From: a virus
Lineage: Duplodnaviria > Heunggongvirae > Uroviricota > Caudoviricetes
IMG/VR virus record: IMGVR_UViG_2721755724_000002
Strand: one strand, 5' to 3'
Length of the DNA: 26,478 nucleotides
Shown here: positions 8,491 to 17,347 of the stretch, piece after piece
Position numbering within the stretch: the stretch's first letter is position 1
Layout of the letters: the number at the start of each line of letters is the position of its first letter
Notes under the pieces: model-generated
The model's input: only the letters and a program-made list of their open reading frames with translations
The model's database searches: none
What the model was told of the DNA's origin: nothing
Translations under genes and position numbers: made by a program

Positions 8491-11052
8491 TTAATATTTG
8501 AATCTTTTGTTTGGTATGATTTTCAGTTTTTTTGCTAAAGCCGTTAACTTTCTTAAGCGCCACTTAAGGGTGGACTCAGTTAATCCTTCCCCTGCAATAC
8601 CTTTAAAAATTTCATAACAAGGCTGACCAGCGTGTATTGCTTTCCAGAAATCCTCATAGCCGTCATCAAGTATTTGAGCTGTAAGTGCCTCATTAAGCTC
8701 TTCAATATTAGATACTGCTAAGTGCCCATCGACTAAAACACCAGCATTATTTAAATCAGATTTTGCTTTAAGCGCTTCTTTTCCAGTAGGCTCTTTACCG
8801 TTCAGTATCAAGCTGGTAACTTCAATCATTTTAGCGTGAGATGTTACAGGGAAGAAAAGCCCTTTATTTCCTGCCCTTAAGCCCGAAATTTTCTTAAGAT
8901 TTCCTAACTCAGCTGTTGCATCATTATGCGACACATCTGAGGCAATAATGCGACCTTCCCCATCAATTTCTATAATTTTTAGGGCAAGTAACCATGACTT
9001 TAAAATCGTAGAGTATAATCCCCATGTTTTCTCTGATGCCTCAATAAAAGGATAAGACTCAGAAAAATACGTGGGTATATCGCTCTCGAAAACTTTTTCT
9101 CCAGAAAGAATTTTTTTAAGTAAAGTCTCGACGAGTTGATTGTCTAAAATTTTTCGGCGTAGATAACCAGCAAGGGTTCCTTGAGAATATATATCCCTAA
9201 CATTGGTTGGAATTATCCATTCACCACTTTTAACTGCATCAAGCAAGTCTAAATTCCGCAATTCCTTAACGAGATTAAATGCGTAACCTTCCCTTACATT
9301 TAGATTTTCCGTTATTTTTGTAATTGTCAGCTTTCTCATTGTTATCAGTTTATGAAACTGGGATATAACAGAGCTTGGATACATTCTATAAATAACCAGC
9401 AGTCTAAATTCAGGAAGCTTTTGGTAGACAAGATATTCTTTGAAAACATCGTTATAAGTATCATAGGTAGAACCACTCAAGCGTACCAATCTGTAAGCTG
9501 TTAACTTATCGAGGACTTTTACAAGCATTGGGTCTTCGTCAAATTGGTATTGAAGCTCATTGAAATCTGCTGGTAGCTTAGCTGCAATCTTAACTAGATA
9601 ATCTTTTTCAATCTCATCCAAACCTTCAAGCTCTTCTTCAAAAAGGTCGTTCAGTTTTAAGCCCGCACTGATTAAATCCCTCTGAGAGTCACCTTTTCGA
9701 GTGAGTTTTAAAACATGAGCTATCGTTCTCTTTAAAAGCCAAGGAAAACCCTGCGCAAATTCAATAATATAGGGTAGTATTTCTTTACTGAGAATATTAG
9801 AGTTATTTTCATTTATTTTTTCTAAAAGAAGTATTGATTCTTTGTTTTCAAAATCCGGAAGAGTAAAGCTTTTCGATAGCTGATTAATTCTATTAAGAGA
9901 AACTTTACTGTTGTCATAGGTTGTTAGCTGATCATTTTTACGCGCAAACACTATGTATACACCACCACGAAGCTTTGTTATTGAGTTCGCAATGTATTCA
10001 TAGCAATCGAAAATGTCAGGATTCGAGAATGTAGATTCAAATTGGTCAACAAAGAAAACTGCCTTTTGGCCATTTAGTGAAAGTTGCAAGTCTTTCAGTT
10101 GTTCATCAAGTTCTATAAAATTAGTCGCAATAATGCTGCTTTGGGTAAACCTCTGAACAAGATAAAAAACATCATATATTGTTTTTACATCCCTTGAGTC
10201 ATGTAATTCAGTAATAACCCCATCCATTGAGAGCTTGTTTTCTAAAAAGGATACAAGAGAGCTTTTTCCTACTCCAGAGCGACTTTTTATCTGAAGAACA
10301 TGTGGTAGCTCATTATGTTTGATGTGAGAAAGAAGTTCACCTATGAATTCAGTCCTGCCAACGAACACAGTTGGCCCTGCAGGTAGCCTATAGTCAGCCC
10401 ATTCAGTCCCAACAGTTAATCCTCGAACTATTTCACGCTTTACTTGAGGCATTTCGTCAACTATTTTTTTCTTGCTAGGCATAATGAAATCCAAACCAGC
10501 AAGTTCTGAAATCCCTATTTTTAAATTTTCCAAAAATCTTTCATCATCAATTTGGCTGCCACTTTTATTGAATACCACAAAATTTGATGGCGTTCCTGAA
10601 TTTACCTCTTTTAAAATAAATAACTTATACAACCCCGTATCAGTCTTGAGAATGTTTGGGGCCACAAGGTCATAACCTTTAATTTCCTTATGTAGAGATG
10701 TTTCAGTCGGCAAATGCAAAGTCGCAGTTATTTGGTTATAAAGTTCCTTTCCTACCTTTGTCGTTAACCCCATATTTTCGACAGTTCGAAAATAATCTTC
10801 CGCCTCCGGTGTTAATGGTGATAATGACAGAAATAATCCATGCACCTTTTTTTCCAGAAGACCTAGCGGCAAAAGCTTTCCAACGAACGCAGCAACTGTT
10901 TGTCCACTCATGCTTTTGCTGTGTGCTTTAGCTTCGCCAATAATCTTTTGGCCAGTTGCTCTAGAGAATCCTTCAATGTCGTACTCTAAACTAGATTCTT
11001 TTTTCCTTAACTCAATGTCGTATCCAGAGCCTTCCAAGTATTCTTTTAACAA
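8491..11052 (-). CDS. Mrr-like nuclease + STAND-type P-loop NTPase protein; candidate antiphage defence effector
   Basis: 853-codon ORF, strongly AT-rich. N-terminus has a PD-(D/E)xK/Mrr-like pattern (EYDIEGF...IIGEAKAH); P-loop KSRSGVGKSSL at residues ~255-265; Walker B-like AVFFVDQFE near 336; GFPWLL (GxP-like); ~350-aa helical C-terminus. Start is TTG at 11052 without a good Shine-Dalgarno, so the 5' end is uncertain. Confidence 0.75.
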   Translation of the reverse strand: MLKEYLEGSGYDIELRKKESSLEYDIEGFSRATGQKIIGEAKAHSKSMSGQTVAAFVGKLLPLGLLEKKVHGLFLSLSPLTPEAEDYFRTVENMGLTTKVGKELYNQITATLHLPTETSLHKEIKGYDLVAPNILKTDTGLYKLFILKEVNSGTPSNFVVFNKSGSQIDDERFLENLKIGISELAGLDFIMPSKKKIVDEMPQVKREIVRGLTVGTEWADYRLPAGPTVFVGRTEFIGELLSHIKHNELPHVLQIKSRSGVGKSSLVSFLENKLSMDGVITELHDSRDVKTIYDVFYLVQRFTQSSIIATNFIELDEQLKDLQLSLNGQKAVFFVDQFESTFSNPDIFDCYEYIANSITKLRGGVYIVFARKNDQLTTYDNSKVSLNRINQLSKSFTLPDFENKESILLLEKINENNSNILSKEILPYIIEFAQGFPWLLKRTIAHVLKLTRKGDSQRDLISAGLKLNDLFEEELEGLDEIEKDYLVKIAAKLPADFNELQYQFDEDPMLVKVLDKLTAYRLVRLSGSTYDTYNDVFKEYLVYQKLPEFRLLVIYRMYPSSVISQFHKLITMRKLTITKITENLNVREGYAFNLVKELRNLDLLDAVKSGEWIIPTNVRDIYSQGTLAGYLRRKILDNQLVETLLKKILSGEKVFESDIPTYFSESYPFIEASEKTWGLYSTILKSWLLALKIIEIDGEGRIIASDVSHNDATAELGNLKKISGLRAGNKGLFFPVTSHAKMIEVTSLILNGKEPTGKEALKAKSDLNNAGVLVDGHLAVSNIEELNEALTAQILDDGYEDFWKAIHAGQPCYEIFKGIAGEGLTESTLKWRLRKLTALAKKLKIIPNKRFKY

Positions 11053-11399
11053 CTCTTCAAAAAGTAACCCCTTGTAATAACTAGTGTTTTTTTTCAGTTT
11101 GTTCAGAGTGAAAAAATAAAAACATTAAACAACTCCATGTAACTATTATTGATGAGTTATAACGCTCATTAAATTGGTCAAACCGCACTTAAAACGTGGC
11201 TTCCCCATACTAGAAAATCTACTATAAAGAGGATTACATTGCACCTTTAAATTTTAGAGATTTATAAGTGAGACTAATAATCTCGCACTGTATAATCGCA
11301 GGGTAACACATCTTTCAAGCGCCTAGGTGCTCAGATATAAGCCAGATATTAATATAGTGCTCACTATTCCTCGAAAGACCTAGAATGACCGCTTCCGGC

Positions 11400-12680
11400 T
11401 GTGAGTTCAATCAGTGGATGCAACGCTATCCTTAATCAAGGGGGACGTTGCCATGAAACGAAGAACTCGGATTAACTACACGCCAGAGCAGAAGGCAATT
11501 ATCTGGGACAGATATAAGCAAGGTGATTCTCTCCATGATATCGCCAGAATGTTCGACAGATATCATTCTTCCATTATGCCCACTATCCACCAGACAGGGA
11601 GCTACCGTCCTCCCGTGCGAAAACGGTACCGATTAGCGCTTTCGCTTGATAAAAGAGAGGAGATATCCAGAGGAGTGGTAGCAAAACTCAGTATCAGGGA
11701 CATCGCCGCCAAATTATCAAAAGCGCCTTCAACGATTAGCCGCGAGGTCAGGAGGCACGGAGGTGCCAAACAATACCGTGCAGCAAAAGCCGATACTGCT
11801 GCATGGGAAAATGCTCTGAGACCAAAACCTTGCAAGCTAATTGAAAGCCCACATTGTGTAAAATCATTGCAGAGAAGATGCATCAGGACTAGTCGCCGGA
11901 ACAGATCGCCGGCTGGCTGAAACGCTGTTATCCGGATAATCAGGAAATGCATGTGTCACACGAAACGATTTATAAAACGCTTTTTATACAAACCCGGGGT
12001 GCATTAAAAAAAGAACTGCAGCAATGCCTCAGAAGCGGAAGAGCGGTTCGTAGATCCAGAACATCATCGCTTAAAGGGAAAGGGTTAGGGTCAATCCCAG
12101 ATACGATACCAATAAGCGAAAGGCCACCTGAAGTTGCAGACAGAGCCATACCGTGTCACTGGGAAGGTGACCTGATCCAGTGCTCGAAAAACTCCTTTAT
12201 CGTCACCCTCGTAGAACGCCATTCCCGCTTTGTTATGCTGGCAAAAATCAGAGACAACAAGACCATAACGGTTATATCTGCACTCATCAGACAAGCCCGG
12301 GAATTACCTGTTGAGCTTTATAAAACACTAACATGGGACCGGGGCGCTGAAATGACCAGCCATACCCGGTTTACTGTAGCGACAGATATTCAGATTTATT
12401 TCTGTGATCATCAATCTCCATGGCAACGCGGCTCAAATGAAAATACAAACAGATTACTCAGACAGTATTTTCCAAAAGGAACTGACTTATCAGTTCACAC
12501 AGTGTTGCCAGACAGCTCAACGAGCGGCCAAGAAAAACGCTAGACTACGAATCACCCGCAGAACGGTTCAATAAGTGTCTTGCGTCCATCAGTTTAACTC
12601 ACAGCGAAAAGCAGAAGTTCAAAATTTTTCATAACGACTGATGAGAACAACTCCAATTATCAAGTTTACTGGTACCTCTG
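11400..12680 (+). mobile_element. IS30-family insertion sequence, degenerate
   Basis: Left end TGTGAGTTCAATCAGTGGATGCAACGC at ~11400 resembles the IS30 left inverted repeat; internal transposase is IS30-like. Right end placed by element length; I could not find a clean right inverted repeat. Confidence 0.65.
11453..12641 (+). pseudogene. IS30-family transposase, inactivated by two frameshifts and a nonsense codon
   Basis: IS30-like segments lie in three frames: RPKPCKL (from ATG 11453); then KPTLCKIIAEKMHQD-stop-SPEQIAGWLKR, where TAG at 11890-11892 replaces the conserved Trp codon and a frame change falls near 11845; HWEGDL...WDRG...SPWQRGSNENTN in the 11947 frame; C-terminal QLNERPRKTL...FHND after a second frame change near 12505. 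Confidence 0.75.
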
Positions 12681-12737
12681 CCAAGCGTACTTAGAGGTCT
12701 ATGTCTAAACCACCCGCCATGCAGGTGGTTGATTTAC

Positions 12738-14342
12738 CTAATTAGGCCTTGCTTGAATCGCAGACTCTATAGCTTCTCGGAATTCCGGAGCATCACTTCT
12801 TAATCGATAATCATCAAGTGTATTGAATATTTCTAGAAGTTCTTTACGATAATACGGCGATGCCAAATTACCTTCGCCTCTAGTTGTGAAAATTAATAAT
12901 GAGTCAGCGACGTCTTTTAATTTTTTATTCCTTTTCAATCTAATGTAACAAGACACAATTATACCAAGAATATCTTTCCTAGATTTCAAAGTGAGTTTTG
13001 AATTAGGCAAAACCAACTCCAACATAGCACCAAGTAATTTGGTAGCCTCTTTTGAAATATAATGAAGATCGAAATTTTCTGTTTCTTTATTTTCTTGAAG
13101 GATGTCCCTTTCATCTATCCATTCGCATTGTTCTGCCCAATTTATAGCGATGCTAAATAAATGACAGAGAAGGAAGTGAAAAGGTGTTTCCCATTCACCA
13201 CTATATTCATTCGACTGCCTATTCATATTCTTTATGATTTTCTTTGCAAAATGTGTATAGTAATGCAGCCATAAATGATCCTGAAGCCCCTGATGAATAC
13301 CTTCATGAACCATGATTTCAAACAGCGTGATCCCAGAGTAAATAGGACATTTATACTTCGAAACATCTGAATAAGAACCTAAAGATTTATTAAGTGTAGC
13401 AATAATTTTTTCATCTTCATCTAACCTCCAGTAGATATATTCACCGATGTCACGGTATATTGCTAAATCAGCCGCAAACTTAGCATTGGAAAAGAAAAAA
13501 TGTAATATACGATTGTTTTTCGGGATCAACAAACGATGCCCTCGACTAACGTTAAGATTATTTTTAAGCTCAACATATAGACGACTGTTAGGTGAATCTA
13601 GTAATGCACTGATAAAATTAGAAGTAAAGTCAGAACGAACTATTGGTTCGATCTTGATTAACTCAAGGCAGAGGGATGGGTGCGCAAGTGCAAAGTGATT
13701 GGTAAGTTCAGGTGATGAGACAATATTTAATAATGCTTCATGTGCATATTCGGCAGCAGTCTCGCGATTAGAGATGCGGAGATTGTTAGCTATCTTATCA
13801 CAAAGTCGATTCTTCACCGGACTATCAATTATTGATATCAACTTTTCTAGTTGAGGTGCCAACAATTGTGCCAGATCATCGTATCGTTTAGTAAGGTGCA
13901 AATTTTCCACTAACTCTAGAAATATTCCTGTTCTTCCAACTGAAAGTTTAGGTTTTTTTAAGCGAAATAAAATGTAAATAGCAACTGCGAGTGATATCAG
14001 GTATACGGCACTTGAACTATCTAATCCCCATTTCCAGGGGCCAAAACTAAAATATAAGTCTAGTGATTTTAAAGCTGGTGCAAACACCAAATAATTGCTT
14101 AGTAAGAATGCGAAACCAACAATTGCCCAATCCCACCACGCCAGGCAGAACCTCAAACGTAGTCGAGCGTTTGGAGTAATAAGGGCCCATACGGCAGCAA
14201 TAACGCCCAGTATGGTAAGTAGACTTGAAGTATCAATTTTGGTTGGCGGTGTCATAATTTCTCTTGTAATCATGGTTTGATGTACATCGGAATGGCTTAA
14301 CATGATAAGGCTCTTTGTATTATAAATCAGAACATTATGCAC
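12738..14342 (-). CDS. Membrane-anchored protein of unknown function with HEXXH motif; candidate defence-associated gene
   Basis: 534-codon ORF, strongly AT-rich; three predicted TM helices in the first ~125 aa, then ~400-aa helical soluble region with HEGIH (residues 346-350, plus 13293-13307). Track start is GTG 14342; alternative ATG at 14303. Confidence 0.65.
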   Translation of the reverse strand: MHNVLIYNTKSLIMLSHSDVHQTMITREIMTPPTKIDTSSLLTILGVIAAVWALITPNARLRLRFCLAWWDWAIVGFAFLLSNYLVFAPALKSLDLYFSFGPWKWGLDSSSAVYLISLAVAIYILFRLKKPKLSVGRTGIFLELVENLHLTKRYDDLAQLLAPQLEKLISIIDSPVKNRLCDKIANNLRISNRETAAEYAHEALLNIVSSPELTNHFALAHPSLCLELIKIEPIVRSDFTSNFISALLDSPNSRLYVELKNNLNVSRGHRLLIPKNNRILHFFFSNAKFAADLAIYRDIGEYIYWRLDEDEKIIATLNKSLGSYSDVSKYKCPIYSGITLFEIMVHEGIHQGLQDHLWLHYYTHFAKKIIKNMNRQSNEYSGEWETPFHFLLCHLFSIAINWAEQCEWIDERDILQENKETENFDLHYISKEATKLLGAMLELVLPNSKLTLKSRKDILGIIVSCYIRLKRNKKLKDVADSLLIFTTRGEGNLASPYYRKELLEIFNTLDDYRLRSDAPEFREAIESAIQARPN

Positions 14343-14624
14343 ACGGTTAACAATACCCTCAAAATGGCATTAATTAAATGGACACTACTTGTCCACTCAG
14401 TTTTTTTAGTCGGCTTTTTCCGACTAACGTTTGGATGTCCTATTGAAATTACGCGCCTTACATGAGCAACACTGCAACTGCATGTTTATCATAGGGATTG
14501 TGCTAATCAAATTACTGAAGCTTAAGGTCCGCCCCTGGCACAAAACAGACAACCACGCTAGCCGTATCCTGTGCCATGAAACTGTCAATTCACATATGAA
14601 TTAGTGGTCTTTAATCTCGTCACT

Positions 14625-15041
14625 TCAATAAATACCAACATTCCCCTGATAAAATGCTAATACACGCTGCATAACTTCACTCTTCCGGCACTCGCGACAA
14701 ATTATGTTCTGACACCTGTCGTAGCGGCGTATTTCTCCGTCTGGTAATGACCAGATAAGGTCAGGATCAACCATAACCGGTTCCTTCGACTTTGCCCTCG
14801 AGAGTTTTTTGCGGGCGTTTTGCCAGTCTTGACGTGCCTGCTCAGACGGAAATAACCCATAGCCAGAGTTGTATACGTCACCACTCGAAACCAGCTCTTT
14901 GGCGAGAATACTTATCAGATATCTGGTTGCCCCTGTTTTAGCTTCCAGTTGTCGTAACGTCTCTCGCCCGCTCTGGCGTACGAGATCAACAATCTGCCCT
15001 TTAATTTTTTCTCGCTCTTCCTGTGTTAATACTTTTGCCAT
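14625..15041 (-). CDS. Phage early-region protein of unknown function
   Basis: ATG at 15041 (MAKVLTQEE...) preceded by GGGGAGGG; 139 aa; overlaps the upstream gene's stop. Track ORF starts further upstream without RBS support. Confidence 0.6.
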   Translation of the reverse strand: MAKVLTQEEREKIKGQIVDLVRQSGRETLRQLEAKTGATRYLISILAKELVSSGDVYNSGYGLFPSEQARQDWQNARKKLSRAKSKEPVMVDPDLIWSLPDGEIRRYDRCQNIICRECRKSEVMQRVLAFYQGNVGIY

Positions 15042-15057
15042 AAGCCCTCCCCTGGAA

Positions 15058-15783
15058 TCACTTTTCCGACACAATACGACTGGAGGAATCGACAATCTGA
15101 CGGACAATGTCCTGGTGCTTGTTCAGCTCACGCAGCGCGGCGCAGACTCGCTCCCACTTCTGGACATGACTTTTCGCCCGGCGCAGTTCGCGGTTTGCCA
15201 TTTGCAGCGATGGTAAAATCAGGTCATTGGCTCGCGTTTCAGTGAACGATGGTAGTGACTGCACAATGTCCCCCACAGTATCTGTTTTAATTTCTTCCTG
15301 TGTTGCCGCTTCCTGTACTGGTAACGCAACACCGGCTGGCTGAGGAAAGCCTTTACCAGGTGTTTTAACTACCGATACAACTTTCGGCTCTGCTGGTAAA
15401 TTACCGTCCGGCAGGCAGTAACGAAATTTACCGTTCTGATTTACGCGAATCAGACGACCTTTGCTGATGGCCATAGCCAGCGATGAGTTCACCCTGCGGG
15501 AAGTAATTCTGAATATCAGTGCAAGTTCATCAGCCGCTTTAGGGCCATGCTGTTCAATCGCCTCGATCAGCATTTGCGCTGTCACTTTAGAAGCCTGTGC
15601 CACAGATGCGTTTTCGTCGGTTTGAGTCAACCACCACATCGGGCCCTTGTTATCAGCTTCCCCGCGACGCTTCAGTTTCCACAGCTCGTTAATCGCCTCA
15701 TCCCGGGTCATTCCCAGACGTGCTGCCACTTCCTGGGAAGAGGCTTTTCCCATTGCTTTCAGTGCGTCAAAAACGGTCTCCAT
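15058..15783 (-). CDS. Phage replication-region protein (DUF1627-like, tentative)
   Basis: ATG at 15783 (METVFDALKAMGK...) preceded by GGAGG; 241 aa; N-terminus resembles the conserved small domain common downstream of dnaC-like genes in lambdoid prophages. Confidence 0.6.
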   Translation of the reverse strand: METVFDALKAMGKASSQEVAARLGMTRDEAINELWKLKRRGEADNKGPMWWLTQTDENASVAQASKVTAQMLIEAIEQHGPKAADELALIFRITSRRVNSSLAMAISKGRLIRVNQNGKFRYCLPDGNLPAEPKVVSVVKTPGKGFPQPAGVALPVQEAATQEEIKTDTVGDIVQSLPSFTETRANDLILPSLQMANRELRRAKSHVQKWERVCAALRELNKHQDIVRQIVDSSSRIVSEK

Positions 15784-16552
15784 TAAAATTTCCTCCCGGT
15801 AAAAATTGCTTCTCAATTCCTGGCTGACCAACATTCGGGCGCCAGCTCTCCCAGTTAAAATTCACCCATCGCCCGCCGTTCATGGTCATCCGATCCATAA
15901 TCCTCTCGCCGAGCAATGTTTTCATGGCCTCATAGTTCAGGTTTGTCAGCATCCCCACGCTGCGGATCGACGCTGTCCGGCGATCAACAATCTGGTGCAG
16001 TACCACCTGCTCGTTTTTTGTCTCGCGCTGAATGCCAATTTCATCAAGAACCAGCAGATCCACTTCGCACAGTTCCCGCAAAAATTTTTCGCCTGATTGC
16101 CCGTCGTCATAGCTGGCGTGTAGAGCACTCATAACATCAGCCACGGTAACCACAATCACTGTCTGACCGTTTTTCAGCAGGCGATTCCCGATAGCCGCCG
16201 CCAGATGGTTGTTTCCGGTACCAGGTTTTCCGCTGAACGCAAAATTTGTACACCCGACCATCAGTTCATCGGCGATGGATTTCGCCTGGCTCAACGCGTA
16301 TCGCTGGCCGTCGTTCTGCACCTGGTAATTCGAAAACGAGCATTTGCGGTGCAACGGCTGGATGCCGGAGCGATTCAGAATTTTTTCCACCCGCAACTGA
16401 CGATTCTGGCGATTGATCTCCTCGCAACGTTTCTGGCCTTCTGCAAGTTGCCACTCGCGCCACTCCGCCACCGTCCTGAATGGCGCGGTTACATGTGACG
16501 GGGCCAGTCTGCGGATACGTTCCAGAACGCCGCCTGTCGCAATATTTTTCAT
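15767..16552 (-). CDS. ydaV: DnaC-like helicase loader (replication protein)
   Basis: 261 aa; clear DnaC similarity: NRSGI.PLH..CSF.NY, Walker A FSGKPGTGNNHLAAAIGN, Walker B LLVLDEIG, VDRR, GMLTNLNYEAM; ATG at 16552 overlaps the upstream stop. Confidence 0.8.
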   Translation of the reverse strand: MKNIATGGVLERIRRLAPSHVTAPFRTVAEWREWQLAEGQKRCEEINRQNRQLRVEKILNRSGIQPLHRKCSFSNYQVQNDGQRYALSQAKSIADELMVGCTNFAFSGKPGTGNNHLAAAIGNRLLKNGQTVIVVTVADVMSALHASYDDGQSGEKFLRELCEVDLLVLDEIGIQRETKNEQVVLHQIVDRRTASIRSVGMLTNLNYEAMKTLLGERIMDRMTMNGGRWVNFNWESWRPNVGQPGIEKQFLPGGNFNGDRF

Positions 16553-16558
16553 GGTCAG

Positions 16559-17347
16559 TTACCCCCTGAAGCCTGGCGGGATCGCACTGTCCGGCAACGA
16601 GACGGTGTTAACCTGTCGGAGCAACGTCTCAGGCCGAACACCTTTCGGCGCGAACAAGCCCTGGTATTCATTGGCGATGCTGTGTCGAATCACCTGCTCA
16701 GGGGTAAAACCCTGCTGGCGGAATTTTTCCAGTTCCCGTATCGCCCCGTTAGCGCCCTGCTCCGTTCGAATCGGTTTTCGCAATGCCTGCCTGAACTGGA
16801 CCCACTCATTCCAGAGTGTTTCTGGCAACCAGTCGGGCAGAGCAATGGCCTCCGGCTCGAATTTTTTAGACGCTCGTTTTTGCCGAGGGGGATTTAGGGG
16901 GAGATCAGTATTTTTATCTTCCTCTTCCTCTTCCTCTGGTAACGCTTTTTGATCCGTTTGTGTAACGCTGGCAGCGTTACCTTTTCGCTTCAGTTCGCGT
17001 ATTTTTGTAACTCTCTCGTTTGTAACCGCCCGTTTTTTCGAGCTTTTTCCGTTATGACGCTCAAAGTTAGGTAGTGAAAGCACTCCATCACTTTCGACCA
17101 GCCATCCAACCTGAATTAACGCATCAGCAAAACCAGCCATAAAAGTGATACGGTCTATTGCACTTTTTGTAACGCCTCGAGCGTTACACTCTGCGTTACC
17201 ATCAATCATTTGTTGATCCGCCCATGCCCAGAATCGAATGACCTTCCCTAATGCGGCATCTGGATCAATATTAAGAATCTCAGCAATCCTGAATATTTCC
17301 GGTTTATCCGGCGTAATAACTTCGAGCTTTATCCAGTTTGAAGCCAT
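16559..17347 (-). CDS. ydaU: Replication-initiation-associated protein (YdaU-like), contains repeated palindromes
   Basis: ATG at 17347 (MASNWIKLEV...) preceded by AGGTGA; acidic run EEEEEED; coupled to the dnaC-like gene. Track ORF begins at TTG 17425. Confidence 0.7.
   Translation of the reverse strand: MASNWIKLEVITPDKPEIFRIAEILNIDPDAALGKVIRFWAWADQQMIDGNAECNARGVTKSAIDRITFMAGFADALIQVGWLVESDGVLSLPNFERHNGKSSKKRAVTNERVTKIRELKRKGNAASVTQTDQKALPEEEEEEDKNTDLPLNPPRQKRASKKFEPEAIALPDWLPETLWNEWVQFRQALRKPIRTEQGANGAIRELEKFRQQGFTPEQVIRHSIANEYQGLFAPKGVRPETLLRQVNTVSLPDSAIPPGFRG

Noticed and set aside
8279-8563. 94-aa minus-strand ORF overlapping the 3' end of the NTPase gene
   Set aside because: Alternative frame across the end of the 853-codon gene and AT-rich intergenic DNA; low-complexity product; no independent support.
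14402-14428. Hairpin as terminator for the upstream minus-strand phage gene
   Set aside because: On the minus strand the hairpin is followed by an A-run, not a U-run, so it is unlikely to act as an intrinsic terminator in that direction.
15806-16952. Plus-strand ORFs (72-179 aa) antisense to ydaV and ydaU
   Set aside because: Antisense to co-oriented, translationally coupled replication genes with clear DnaC similarity; products are Cys/Arg/Ser-rich low-complexity.
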